Notes under the pieces: generated by a model
Seen by the model: only the letters and a program-made list of their open reading frames with translations
What the model was told of the DNA's origin: nothing
Database searches by the model: none
Program-made: the position numbers and the translations under genes
DNA from: Bugula neritina
Taxonomy: Eukaryota; Animalia; Bryozoa
Length of the DNA stretch: 64,000 nt
Reading direction: 5' to 3'
Assembly: GCA_964035545.1 (NCBI GenBank)
Contig: OZ037768.1
Location: 19,761,700 to 19,825,699 of the forward strand
In this document: one piece after another, positions 22,277 to 40,673 of the stretch
How the letters are laid out: the number at the start of each line of letters is the position of its first letter
Position numbering within the stretch: position 1 is the first letter of the stretch

Positions 22277-25200
22277 GTAGTGACTATGAGTCACAATCCA
22301 ACTGACTCTGTATCCATCATCAAACATTCAACACAGTGTACAGCCTTTGCAACTATTCAAGTGTGAACATAAAAATTCATTTCAGCAGTGAGTAAAGCAT
22401 TTCTAATCCAAGCACCTCATAGTGAGCAGTCAAGTGTGTAGAAATTCAACACCAACATTGTTTACTGAATGTAGGACTACACACTGTATCAACATATGTA
22501 TTTAAACAAAGTTGAGCAATCATAGCTTTGCCTAAAATAAATGTTTTTAACCTTTTTTGGGAAAAAATTGCTGTTTTTGAATCACTAAAGTGTGCTAGTA
22601 ATGGTTGCTGTGGTGACTGGCATGTCCCCAGTGTTAGGTCATCTTCTTGTTTATTATTTACTATCACTTTTTGGTTTCATATCACTTTGTGTTTTATCCT
22701 TTGTCTCTTATCTCACTGTCAAATATCAAAGTGTAAAACATATTCATTTCCATATTTTGTGTGTCCTCAAAACTTGTTTATGTTTTCATATTCAATCATC
22801 AAGTTAGATGTATGTGCAAAGAGGAACTTTAGTTTTAGTGAATATTTGTAGTAGGAGAAATTGTCTGCTTTTGAAATAAATCAAAAGTTATAAACTCAAA
22901 CTAAGAAAAATATTTTCATCTCCAAGTGTCTAAACAGTGTGTTGTTGTGTATTGTTGATTATAACTCTTTACTGAGTGTGATAATGCTATGTACAGTAAT
23001 TGTTTGCCCTTTCTATAAAATACTTGCTTTATATGCTATCTAACTCTACTGTATACCAACTTTACTCTTTAGCCTATACCCACTCTATACGGACTCTACT
23101 GTATAATCTATACACACTCTACTGTATAATCTATACACACTCTACTGTATAATCTATACACACTCTACTGTATAATCTATACGCACTCTACTGTATAATC
23201 TATACCCACTCTATACACACTCTACTGTATAATCTATACCCACTCTATACACACTCTACTCTATACAGTTGTATACTACAGTTAATACACACTCCCACTT
23301 TCCTTCCCAGGTCAGTACACAGCTGTAGCTGATGATCCTGAGACCATGAGGGTGAGAAAGAATATGAACACAATAAGTAACGTCGCTTACCACGGTGACA
23401 TGATCAGGAAACAGGAAATGGAAAATGCTCGTCCTTCAGAAATTGTTGGTAAGTTGTTGGTGGAAGTTGTGTTCTGATATGAAGTGGCGTATACATTGCT
23501 GGGGGGAGGGGTGATGGTGAAAGTGTAGACTGTTCTCATTATCATTTTAAGGCAGCGCAGAGCAGATATAAGCAGATTAAGGCAGCGATAATTGTTGTGA
23601 AATCTTGATTAAAAAGTAGAAACAATAGTTTCCACAGTACTTTGGTATTGGCGGTGAAAGTCGGTTTAGTTGTTATCTGATGTAGCTCAAGGTCTGTGTA
23701 GCTTGGGAAGGGGGGGTCTGTGTAGCTTGGGAAGGGGGGGGTCTGTGTAGCTTGGGAAGGGGGGTGTAGCAGAGGGATGGGGGGTGTGTAGCAGAGAGGG
23801 GGAAAGTCGTGTAGCAGGTGTTTTATATTGTGATAATGTTGACAATATGTGGGTTAATGATACCCTTGTGGATCTAAATACTAATCTAACTTCTACACTG
23901 TGCACTGCATATTCTACTATATAATTTGCAAAGTGTCATTCCGCTGGAGACAGGATTGATTAGTTTGTATATCAGTGAGTTGCTGCAGGTATGTGCTCGC
24001 AGCAACTACATAAATATATATTATTATAAACAAGTAAACAGTGCGGAGTCGTGCAGTGATCCTATACTCTACTAGCAAGTGTTTAGTTGACTGAAATGGA
24101 GAGCTATTTGTCCTAGTTTGACTCTGGGCACTAACTAACTATAAGCTTGCAAGGGATAGTCATAACTCAGTTAGTTAGTCTCGAAGTTTTTCAGTGAGAA
24201 TCTACGAGAGTAAGTATACTAAGTATAGCATTAGCTATACTGGCAGCAAAACTAGTCATCAACTATTTCTATCTTGGAGTACCACAAGCAATCATCTACA
24301 TAGCTTCTCATAAACCCAGAATATAGGGTAGAGTGAAAAGGAAAATGTTTAAAATCAATTAAGTCTAAAAATAAATTTAGTTGTAGTAAAACAAGAGTTG
24401 AAAGTTTATCATATTTCCAGGCTCATTCTTAAATTATTGTTTTGAAGTTTCTCAAAATTATAAAGAGGGTCAGCAGAATCAATTGTAGCTGAACTACGCA
24501 GCCATGACTCTCCCAGTTGTTTGACACGAGATTATAGAGTTATCCTCACTCTGTGTTTTTAGCCACAGATGGGGAGTCGAGTGGATACAACAGCAGGACG
24601 ACACCGTCGCCACGTCGGCAGCCTGGCAGCATCTCTGACCTTGACCCCAGCGTTGAAGACAAACCTTCACCTTACTCAGCGAGAACTCAAGCTACAACCG
24701 TATATAGCTCCTCATCCGGCGGCCAGAAACAAGGTAGGCTCACGGGCTAAATTTCTGCTTTTGAAAGCAACAAATGATGTCTAAATTTGTTGCACGTAAA
24801 GTTTAGATACTGTTGAAATAAGTTATACTGTACCATGTCCAGTGGGTAGAGTTAAAATGTACTCTACTTCTATATAACTTGTCACTCATTTTCCATGTTT
24901 ATTAAATATAACAGAGTTTCAACGTTTATTGCAGAACTAGACACTGAGCAGCAACGTAAGCTTTTATCATATATTTACCATCTCGCGTAGATTGTGTACA
25001 ATAACATCTCTCTCAGTGATTCCTATATCTAGAGTCTAGATGGTTGGCTATAGACTATTGGTGATGGCGTATGCACTATGTAGATTACTGCAACAGTCTC
25101 ACTGTGACACCCTCCCTTTTTAAGAATTGCTCTATAAGCAGCACCGAGTTAGAGGTGAATGAGTGCAGTAGTTTAGGATTCTTGAGTTTGGAGTTAGGGG

Positions 25201-28200
25201 CATAACTCCAAACTCGAGAATCCCAAACTACTGCACTCATTCACCCCCAACTCGGCGCTGCTTATGGAATGATTCCTACTTTACACTCTCACCGTAGCCT
25301 GTGATACTTTACACTCTAGACTCACACACTCCCTTCAGCTGCACTGAGCTGCAAATCGCTCTCAACTCTACAGAGTTACCTTCTCTTGCACTAATTTGAT
25401 TGTACTTTGTGAAATGAAACTGATTATTAGTAATTTAAATTCGTAAGTAAGATAGACAATTGTGTTGAACACTTTCTCTGTATCACATGACATGTTACTC
25501 AGTCCAGCAGCTGTTACTTGGACATTGTGCAACTTTCTGCATTCTTTTTTGACACTTCACTCTCGTTCACTGTGAGTTGGTGATTTGATTTCATTCTCAA
25601 TCCGTAGCATAACATAGTAGTAAATACAAAACCACTATTTTAACTCTAGTTATAATATATTGATATAATGCTATATATATTATTATTTATATGTTATATA
25701 TTATGTATTATATATAAAATATAAATATATTGTTCATAATAATATATATATATTATATATACATATATTGTATATGATATATTTTATTAGACATATAATA
25801 TGAACGTATGTTATATATAATATAAAATATTATATATATTGAATAAATGCATTATGTGTTATATATTATAATGTACAACCATTACAAGTATTTACATGTT
25901 GGGTGTGTCCTAGTGGATGGGGTAGGAGTATTCAATGTCTATGCACAACCGACACCCGCTACACTCAGTGTTTTAGTTCCCTCACAGTTGTGTTGATCAT
26001 AACATGGTGCTTTTATGTCTCAGTAACATGTGTGTAGCTTCACTGTTTCTTGCACCAAGACTAGGGCGAGTAATTGTTATCAAGCACAATACCTCTTTTA
26101 ACATCTTATATGAATTTGTGTTACAATTTGGAATTGCTCTCCCACTGCAGCTTACAATAGAACAAGAAGAATCGGATCAATCAATGATTACGATCCAATG
26201 AACGATCAGTATGGCTCAATTGTGGGTCAGCATCATGCAGGTATAACCTCAGGTATAGCCTCAGGTAGTCAGCCATGTGCATGGGTTTTCAGTTCTCTAG
26301 TTTGTAGTAACCATGTTGTACTGATTGTTGTTGTTTTGTGCGCTTGACCCTGCTTTCTGCTGCATTGAGGTTAGTAGTAATTTCACGTTAGTGTTACTTC
26401 TTACTGTCAACACTTGTAGCTATTCGGCTGTAATCAATGTAACTGGTGGTGATGATAAAGTTTGGATTTGCCTTTCCTATCTTGTAATGAATGAGCAACT
26501 CTTAGAATTTAGTCTACAGATGCAAGCATTGTATCTATATGTTTAATTTTCAACAAAGGATTACATCTGAAATATTGATTTGATTTTCTTTCTGCTAAAC
26601 TAGAATTCAGTTAGTTCTACTGATGATAGAATTAGAAGCACTCTGCTAGCACCTGCTGACCCTACAAGAACTTGCTACTCATGTTTTATACCTGTCACCT
26701 GTATCATGTGTTGTAACTAGTTTACCTGTTCAGTAGTTGTCCACTCCTGCTCTGCTCTGTCCACCCCCTACTGTCTGCATGACTAATAACCTACTGACAA
26801 GCTGCAGGGCACCTGCTCTAACAACTCACTCTGATAGACTACCAGACTGTCTCTCCCCTGTCTCTGGTTTGTGTTGTTACCAAGCAGTGCTACCCCTGTT
26901 TCACTGTGTTCAGGATAATTAGCATTAGTCACGCTAATGTATTTGCTTTGTCGCTCTTCATACTTGTTTTGTAGTTTCTTAAAAAGTCTCCCTTTACCTT
27001 TTAGCTCCGCCTCCAGACCCGTTGCCGTCGCAACCTCCAGTCACTGGCCAACCAGCACCTGTATTCACACAACCTACAGCCGTACCTCGACAACCGAGTC
27101 CTGCACCAGTACGGGAGCCAACACCACCTCCCCTAGCTGAACCGCAACCTCCTCCACCAGTTCCTCAGGCTAGACAACCTCAAGACATGTACGCAGGGAA
27201 AGGGGTCAGTAAATTCTAGTGTTACGAGAGCTTATTGGTAAAACTTAATTATTGCCAGGAGCAACACTGAGTTGATGTTCATTGAGTGCAGTAGTTTGGA
27301 TTCTCAAGTGTGGAGTTGGGACTCAGACTAGACCCCCAACACTAAACTTGAGGCTCCCGAATTACTGCACTCGGTGGCTACCAACCAGGTGCTGTTTATA
27401 GTAATTTTTGTGAAGCTTTAAGCCTAGGGCCACACTGTGCGTATTTTCGCATGCGAAAATTGAAATCACAAGTAGCAAAGGTGTCCACTGTACACAAAAC
27501 ATTCGCACTTGTCGCTCAGCATTCTCAACGCAAGTGTGAATCGTCTCTGTCGTCGTCACCTAATTGGCTGGTAGTTATTCAGCGAGCCCAATTTCTTTAT
27601 TTTAGTGTTACATTCCAGTAAATTGCGTTTTATTGAAAGGGAGTGCGATTTAAAAATGAAATCTTTATTTATCACGCATCACTGACGCTACAGTGGACAC
27701 CTTTGCTACTTGTGGTTTCAATTTTCGCATGCGAAAATACGCACAGTGTGGCCCTAGGCTAAAGATTTGCAAAACTGAACAGTCCTTGATGGGTCGGGGT
27801 TGTTGGGCTTCATTCTATAGCCTCCAGTCAGCATAGTGTGTGTTGGTTTTGTAATACTGTTATGGAAGTCTTGCTGAAGAAGTAACAATGTTTACTAGTA
27901 GCTTCTTCCAAGTAAATTGACTGCTTCGAATTGTCGCTAATTTATTAGACTATTTCCTGGTTTCTTCTATAGGAATTCCATTTTACTACTTATGTTAACA
28001 TTTTATAGGCAGCAGGCATTTGCTTTGCCGATGTTTATGTGTGTGCTTGCAAACTTGGCCCAAATTATTTTCTGTTCTGTAGAATGTTTCAAAAGCCTTG
28101 TATGACTATGCTGCTGGAGATGAGGATGAAGTAGGGTTCAATGAGGATGATCTTATAATTCACTGCGACCCTATAGATGAAGGCTGGATGAATGGCACTG

Positions 28201-28262
28201 TGGAAAGTACAGGTCTAACCGGAATGCTGCCGTCAAATTATGTTGAGAAACTCAACTGGTAG
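19335..28262 (+). CDS. LASP1: LIM and SH3 domain protein (LASP, nebulin family)
   Basis: Exons 19335..19406, 20869..20963, 21260..21344, 21725..21758, 23311..23448, 24563..24733, [24935..24955], 26151..26240/26252/26264, 27005..27204, 28083..28262. LIM ([37 protein letters not shown]), nebulin-type repeats (VADTPEN..SNVKYHEEF; VADDPET..SNVAYH), Pro-rich linker, SH3 ([28 protein letters not shown]). Confidence 0.93.
20560..20755 (-). mobile_element. tRNA-derived SINE
   Basis: Minus strand A box TGGTCTAGCGG and B box GGGTTTGAATCCC, then non-tRNA body gatggaaggaagagcatc..ttgttcctg. Confidence 0.7.
21351..21650 (+). repeat. Imperfect (ACT)n microsatellite
   Basis: ~300 bp tract beginning ~6 nt after the donor at 21345. 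Confidence 0.95.
22089..22281 (+). repeat. Imperfect (AGT)n microsatellite
   Basis: ~190 bp tract, reverse-complement orientation relative to 21351-21650. Confidence 0.95.
23094..23268. repeat. 23-bp minisatellite (ctctactgtataatctatacaca) x ~7
   Basis: Tandem copies upstream of LASP exon 23311. Confidence 0.9.
23690..23803 (+). repeat. G-rich ~25-bp tandem repeat (ggtctgtgtagcttgggaagggggg)
   Basis: Three good plus two degenerate copies with many G-runs. Confidence 0.85.
25124..25276. mobile_element. Hairpin element family A copy 2
   Basis: Near-perfect ~65-bp inverted arms ataagcagcaccgagttagaggtgaatgagtgcagtagttt.. / ..aaactactgcactcattcacccccaactcggcgctgcttat. Confidence 0.85.
27250..27406. 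mobile_element. Hairpin element family A copy 3 (diverged)
   Basis: gagtgcagtagtttggattctcaagt..acttgaggctcccgaattactgcactc, similar to copy 2. Confidence 0.7.
27422..27759. mobile_element. PIF/Harbinger (Tourist-like) MITE
   Basis: ~70-bp near-perfect TIRs gcctagggccacactgtgcgtattttcgcatgcgaaaattgaaa..gtgtccactgta, flanked by TAA on both sides. Confidence 0.88.
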
Positions 28263-30099
28263 TCGTTGATTTCTTCTCAGACAATAATTTATTTGATCAC
28301 TTTTTAACATATCAATGAACAATGATTATAAAATATAAACTTCTTTTTCCAGCTAATTTCTGAAATGCAATACGTTTACCTTTGCTCTTTTTATTTTGAC
28401 ATTAACTTTATCTCAGTGTGTTTATTTCTACCTTTAATTTAACGTTTGCAGAACCCAGATGAATTTAGTGAGTCGATTTGTTTGCTAAGGTTTCTGTCGT
28501 CAAATATGTATGTCTTTATTCTCATTGGTTTAGGTATCAACTACGGTAAATGTGCTCATTTCTGGTAATCGCTATCTTACATGACATGCTGTCAGTTTAG
28601 TCATCTTGCAATCAGTTTGTAACATTTCTGTTTGTATTTACATGTAGCTACTAATTGTGTCAGCAATTTTTTGGTGATTTTTAACCACATATCTATAAAG
28701 CAAATAGCCTGTAATATTTTTACTGCTAGCATTAATTGTCAGTATAATAATAAAATAAAACTGCTGTCCCATATGTTGTGTTGTTATAATCTGTTTAGTC
28801 ATCTTAGAAGTGAAACAGTTGGAAAGTTTCGGACAACTGCCTTACCCTATAATATTATTACTGTGAGCCAAAGAAAACAACACAATTACATGAAGTTTTT
28901 TATTGGCTGTTAAGTAATTTTGTTAAAAAGAATTTGTTAATAGAAACTGGAATAATTTTAATAAACTAGACTATACCTATAATCTATATAGTATAATATA
29001 ATCCATATATAATCTACCATAGTTGCCAAGGGCAGCAAACTTGTAATTTCTGAAGAGCAAGTACAAAAAACAGTAAAATATTAAATTTGTATATTACTTT
29101 ATTAAAGTGATTGAATCACTAATTTTAAGCATAATTTTTAGTTACTTTTGACCCTTCTTCAGAAATCTATGTAAATTTTAATAGAGCTGTATAGCTATAC
29201 AATGCAAGCAGTTACAATAAATATAGCTATAGTCTTGTTTCTATTGCATATGGCTGACAAAATTTAAAGTCCTTTTAAATGAAATGCTATGTTCAGCAAA
29301 ACCTGTACAGTATCACATTACAAGGTTATGACAGAAGCATGGCATGCATGTATTGTATAACTTTCATATTGACATAATTGGTTCATAAATTATATAGCAA
29401 TTCTTTTAAAAAAAAATGTTTACAAGATCAGTTTTACTATTTGCAGTTGCTGCTAATAAATGCAAAAACAAAGATACCTACTGAATTAGTTGCTGAAATA
29501 GTTTTTGAGAGAATTTGAGAAAGAATCGAGAGCTCAGATTTGCGGCATGCAAAGAATTTTAAAAATTTTATTTAAAATGATGTCTTCATCTCTAGTACTT
29601 GGAAAGTAAACTACTTTTAAGAACATATGAACAGATGTCATACTAGGAGCAAGATACCAGTAAATCCTCTTTGGATTACATTTTTAAGCAAGGTAAATGT
29701 TCGATTGGTTTTATGACAAAACAAAACCAACAATAATTAGTAAGAAAAGATAGGTTTTTGAAGCTTTTTTTATTAATGAATAACTTGAAAGCAATGTCAA
29801 CAAGCAGCTATAATGTCACCATTATGAAGATAACTACATGGGAGAGTGCTGGAGTGGTTAGTGCTGCTATAACAGCAGTTGGTCTATGCTAGTCTATACT
29901 CGTTATATAATCAGTATACCATCTTTGGTGGTGAACAATATTTGTCTTAATATTTATAGTGAAGAAAAAATTATAATGTTAAATAATTTTTAATATCCTG
30001 ATGGATTATTGCAGACTTAAAGTTAGCACATTTCATGCCACAGCCAATTTTTCATGCTATAATGTTATTCTATATAAAAGAATCTTTATATGTATAAAA

Positions 30100-30261
30100 A
30101 AAATTGCTATAAGCAGCTTCGAGTTGAGGGGTGAAGGAATACAGCAGCTCAAAGTCGAGAGCTTGGAGTTGGAGGTCAAGGTTCCAACCTAAACCCCCAA
30201 TTTCAAACTTGAGAACCCCAAACTCAATCACCCCCAACTCAGGGCTGCTTATTGCAATTTT
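30100..30261. mobile_element. Hairpin element family A copy 4
   Basis: aaaattgctataagcagc..gagttgaggggtga ... tcacccccaactcagggctgcttattgcaatttt inverted arms. Confidence 0.75.
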
Positions 30262-30361
30262 CATGTATAAATGTATTTTATTCTTCATGTAATTCTGCAG
30301 TTAATGAATAGACACCACAGTGTGTCGAATTTCTCACCACCGAGTAAAGCACTAACCACAG

Positions 30362-36936
<6,575 letters not shown>

Positions 36937-39900
36937 CACATGGGAAGACAATTCTTTTTCTTTGTGATATTTTCTTTACTCAATATGTGTGCAGCTAAAC
37001 TAAAGCAAGTTTCGAAAATAATTATAAAGAAAGTAGAATAAAATGATAATGAATACTCAATAATGCTTTAAATATAATATTACAATATTGTTTCAACATG
37101 ACAAATACTGAAATCAATATTTAAATCAGCAGTATTTAAGAATTTCTTACACAAATTTTGGTGGTCTTTTAGTAGGAGAATTTAAAATGTCATGGCGCAT
37201 AGTTGGTGTACATATGGAGCATAATATTATTGTTTGAATTCAGATACTAAATGGTTGTTTTACAGAGTTATATTATAAGCAAACTTTTGCAATATCTATC
37301 TATCTATAATGCATTGCATGATGAGTATTTTGGAAGAACTCAAACAGGTACACAGACTTGTGAGTTACAATTGTTAACAAATCGCTTCTGAAAAGAGTGG
37401 AGGTAGCACAGGTCTTTTATGTGGAAGATAATACTAAGAAACATAAATTATTAAAATAACTATTAGTACCTGCATTTCCTTAGTGCTCTGTAATATAAGC
37501 GTATAATTGGTTATTTATTGTTGTTTTCCATGTAATCTATCTGCTAACCAGTGAACATAAATTTGCTAACTATAAATTAAAGACCATGCAGGCATGAAAG
37601 AATTATCAATTTCCTCAAAGCTAAATCTCTTCTGGGCTCAGCTTAGACCAACCCACTAATTGGCAATTTTGAAGTCGAAAGCCCAGGCAACAAAAATGCT
37701 AAAATGCAGTTACTCTGGTTTATTGCTATCTCTGTTTTTTCAGAACCAACACCAGAGGTCCAGTAATAATTATCTAATTATTTAGTGGAATGCTTCTGGT
37801 TGAAAGTGAAAATGTTAGCTGAGGAGCTTTACTCATAATATCAGTCATGGTTTGGTTTCAGACAGCCCCTAACTTATGTGTACTCTAAATTTGAAAACTA
37901 CGCCAAATCTTGAAAACTGTAAATGCTGCTCTTTGGCCAGAATTTCATAGAAATACACTGTATTCGTTGACAAGCCCTGAATTTTAAGCAGTGATATATT
38001 ACTATGACTTAAAACTACCAAATTAGCTTAAAAGGGTTTAAAAACAGAAACTGTCTCAGCTGGTTATGCAATTCCTGCACTAAAGATCTGTCTATTTCAA
38101 AAATATTTTGTATTCATGTCATCACAACTTGTTTATGCGAAAGTTTCAACTTCGTTCTGTAGCATAGTCACTGTATTACAGTCCCCACAGCACCCTATTA
38201 CAATATTATTTTGTATTCTATTTTCAACTTTGTATGGAATTATAGGTTATAGCTATTATAAAAACCCAAAAAAGGTGTTTCAAAATAAGAGTTAAAACTG
38301 AGGATTTTGTTTTAACAATTTATGTTCCTTTACCTTTTACCAAATAATGAAGTTCCCTCATGAATAGTGCTCAAAGCATAATTATTGTTTTCCTAAAACT
38401 CAATTTATCATAATGATGATTAATAATTATGTTGCATTGTATTACAACAGCAGCTTGGCACTGAAGCTAGTAATCTTGTAATACACCAGCATCTTCGAAA
38501 GATGAGTTACTAAAAGAAACAGCAAACTTTCAGTATAATTCCACAGCATTCAATAGCATACTAAGTATTAGCTCTAAAGAATTTACTTCTTAATCAAAGG
38601 AGTCAAATGGCGTGTAATAAAATGTAATAATGTTTTCAAATAAACACATAATGGCAGTTTGATTTACAACTGCCTCGGCTCTGTTATGTAGCAGCTTTTT
38701 TACACGAGTGTCGATTACTAGTCATGATAAACATGATGAGCTGATTTGTCCTTTTAACAACTTACGTTCCCACGACATCCTGGGTCCAGGGATTCGACAC
38801 TTGAATTTGATACTATCTCGTTATATAACTCGTTTATCAGCTACTTAGACGTGCATATACACCTTGGATATATAAACACATCACAGCAAAAAAGCTTCTA
38901 CCAGCACTATAAATATTAAAGCAAACAAATTTCAAAGTTGGCTAATGCTCACGAAAAAATTTATTTAATTTTGGGATCAAAAACTTTGGGCGTCAACAAT
39001 GTTGGTAAATACTAAATATTACTTCACTAGTTAAACAAGTTTAGTGATTTTTCCAGTTTGCATATTACCACCTCTTCCAGCGCCATGAAAGTAAATACCG
39101 CCCAGTAATGTAATGTGATAGAAAGCTTATATATTTTATAACATATTTTGGGTAAATTCTGTCTGTTCCCCCACTGTTTGCATTCAGCAATGCAGCATTT
39201 TCAGCCTAAACAAGCAATTGTCTTGTGTCATTATCAATTACGTTTGTTAGCTACAAATTCTGCCTTTGCTATTGATCCAATTCATATCTTTGGTGACAAA
39301 ATTATTTATGGTGTCATAAACAGGCGTCTGACTGTAGGTGAACAGATAATCTCTACAGTACTCTATAAACTTATCAAGTGTACATGGTGGAAGTTTATAC
39401 TGAATCAGACTTGCCTCCTCCGTGTATAGAACATAATTGCTGCAGCACTACAGACTAGCCTTTGATGTGTAATAGAGAGAGCCTGAAGATAGTGGGGCAG
39501 CAGGCTGGCTAAAGAGACGTCTGGCTCTGTGGTGCTTCTCTGTTTATCTTTCTTATTCCTCATTTATTGTTCGTGTGTTTATTTCTTTATTACTGATTGC
39601 CATCAAGAGCATTTAATGATACCTTCAAAAGAAATTACAGATATTCAATGTAGTTACAAGTGTATTTTCATTTGAAAAGATAATAGTTGGAGTGGCTGTT
39701 CCTATGAGAAGTTAATAATGATGGGTGTTGAAAGTGAATGAAGCTGCACTGGACACAGGCTCCAGTTTAGCAGAATAATATGAAGTACTTTAGTCTAAAT
39801 AATAATAATTATCATCATCATTAGTGAACCAAAATTGAGCCAAAACTGTAGTGTAGCTCACAAAAAGCCTCATTTCTTAGCTGTTAATGTTTATTGGTGA

Positions 39901-40519
39901 CCATGCTAATGCGTCCCCAAACCATGCATGCAAATCTCGCTCGCTAAAGCTTCCTTTTTCAGTAACACTAAAAATAAATGGCATCGAACTTAATCATATT
40001 GAGTTACCCTAACTCCAGTTTTTGACTTTAGCTAGAAATACAACAAAATGTTGAAAAAAAAATCTCTAGCCAAACTGATTCCACTGTACATAATTGCCGA
40101 TCAAAATAAATGGAATAATTATAATAACAGATGCTTTAGTAAAATTTAAATCAATAATGGCATGGTTTTAGGTAATAATTTACACCACTACATCCAAGCG
40201 CACTTGAGGTAATTAACTACAATTGTAAGTCCACTAGCTCTACCTAATACAGCTAGAATCTAGAAAAGTAAGTTTAATATAATTTATTTGTTTTAAAAAT
40301 TAGTCGTAGAGAGATTCCAGTAAATAACTTAGGTTAGAATTCTTATCCCTTCTACGTTACACGCTACTTGGCCAAGCTCCAATTTCCACCCACTCTATAC
40401 TACAGCTGTAGTACAATCATTATAGTTGATTGTTGTCGTGTTTATTGTTGTCGTATTGAGCACTCCAACGGGTACTACCACGTGCATTTTTATTATTATT
40501 TTATTGCCATCAGTACAAT

Positions 40520-40625
40520 GAGTTTTAATTGGCCAGATTACTGGCCATAATTGCTGGAGTAATAAAATTCTCTTCAACTCGCAGCTCCAACTGTATAAAT
40601 GTAGCTGAGGAGGCATTTCCCAGTC
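40520..40625 (+). promoter_or_regulatory. Putative Evx proximal promoter
   Basis: TATAAAT at ~40594, ~80 bp before the ATG; clustered homeodomain/Cdx-type sites (ttaattgg, ggccataat, gtaataaa). Confidence 0.5.
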
Positions 40626-40673
40626 ATTATTGAGCTGGTTGATCACAGGAATAGTTCCACTCTCTTTCAAAGC

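Noticed and set aside
21309-22366. Poly-L/T/V/S ORFs
   Set aside because: Translations of (ACT)n/(AGT)n microsatellites in LASP introns.
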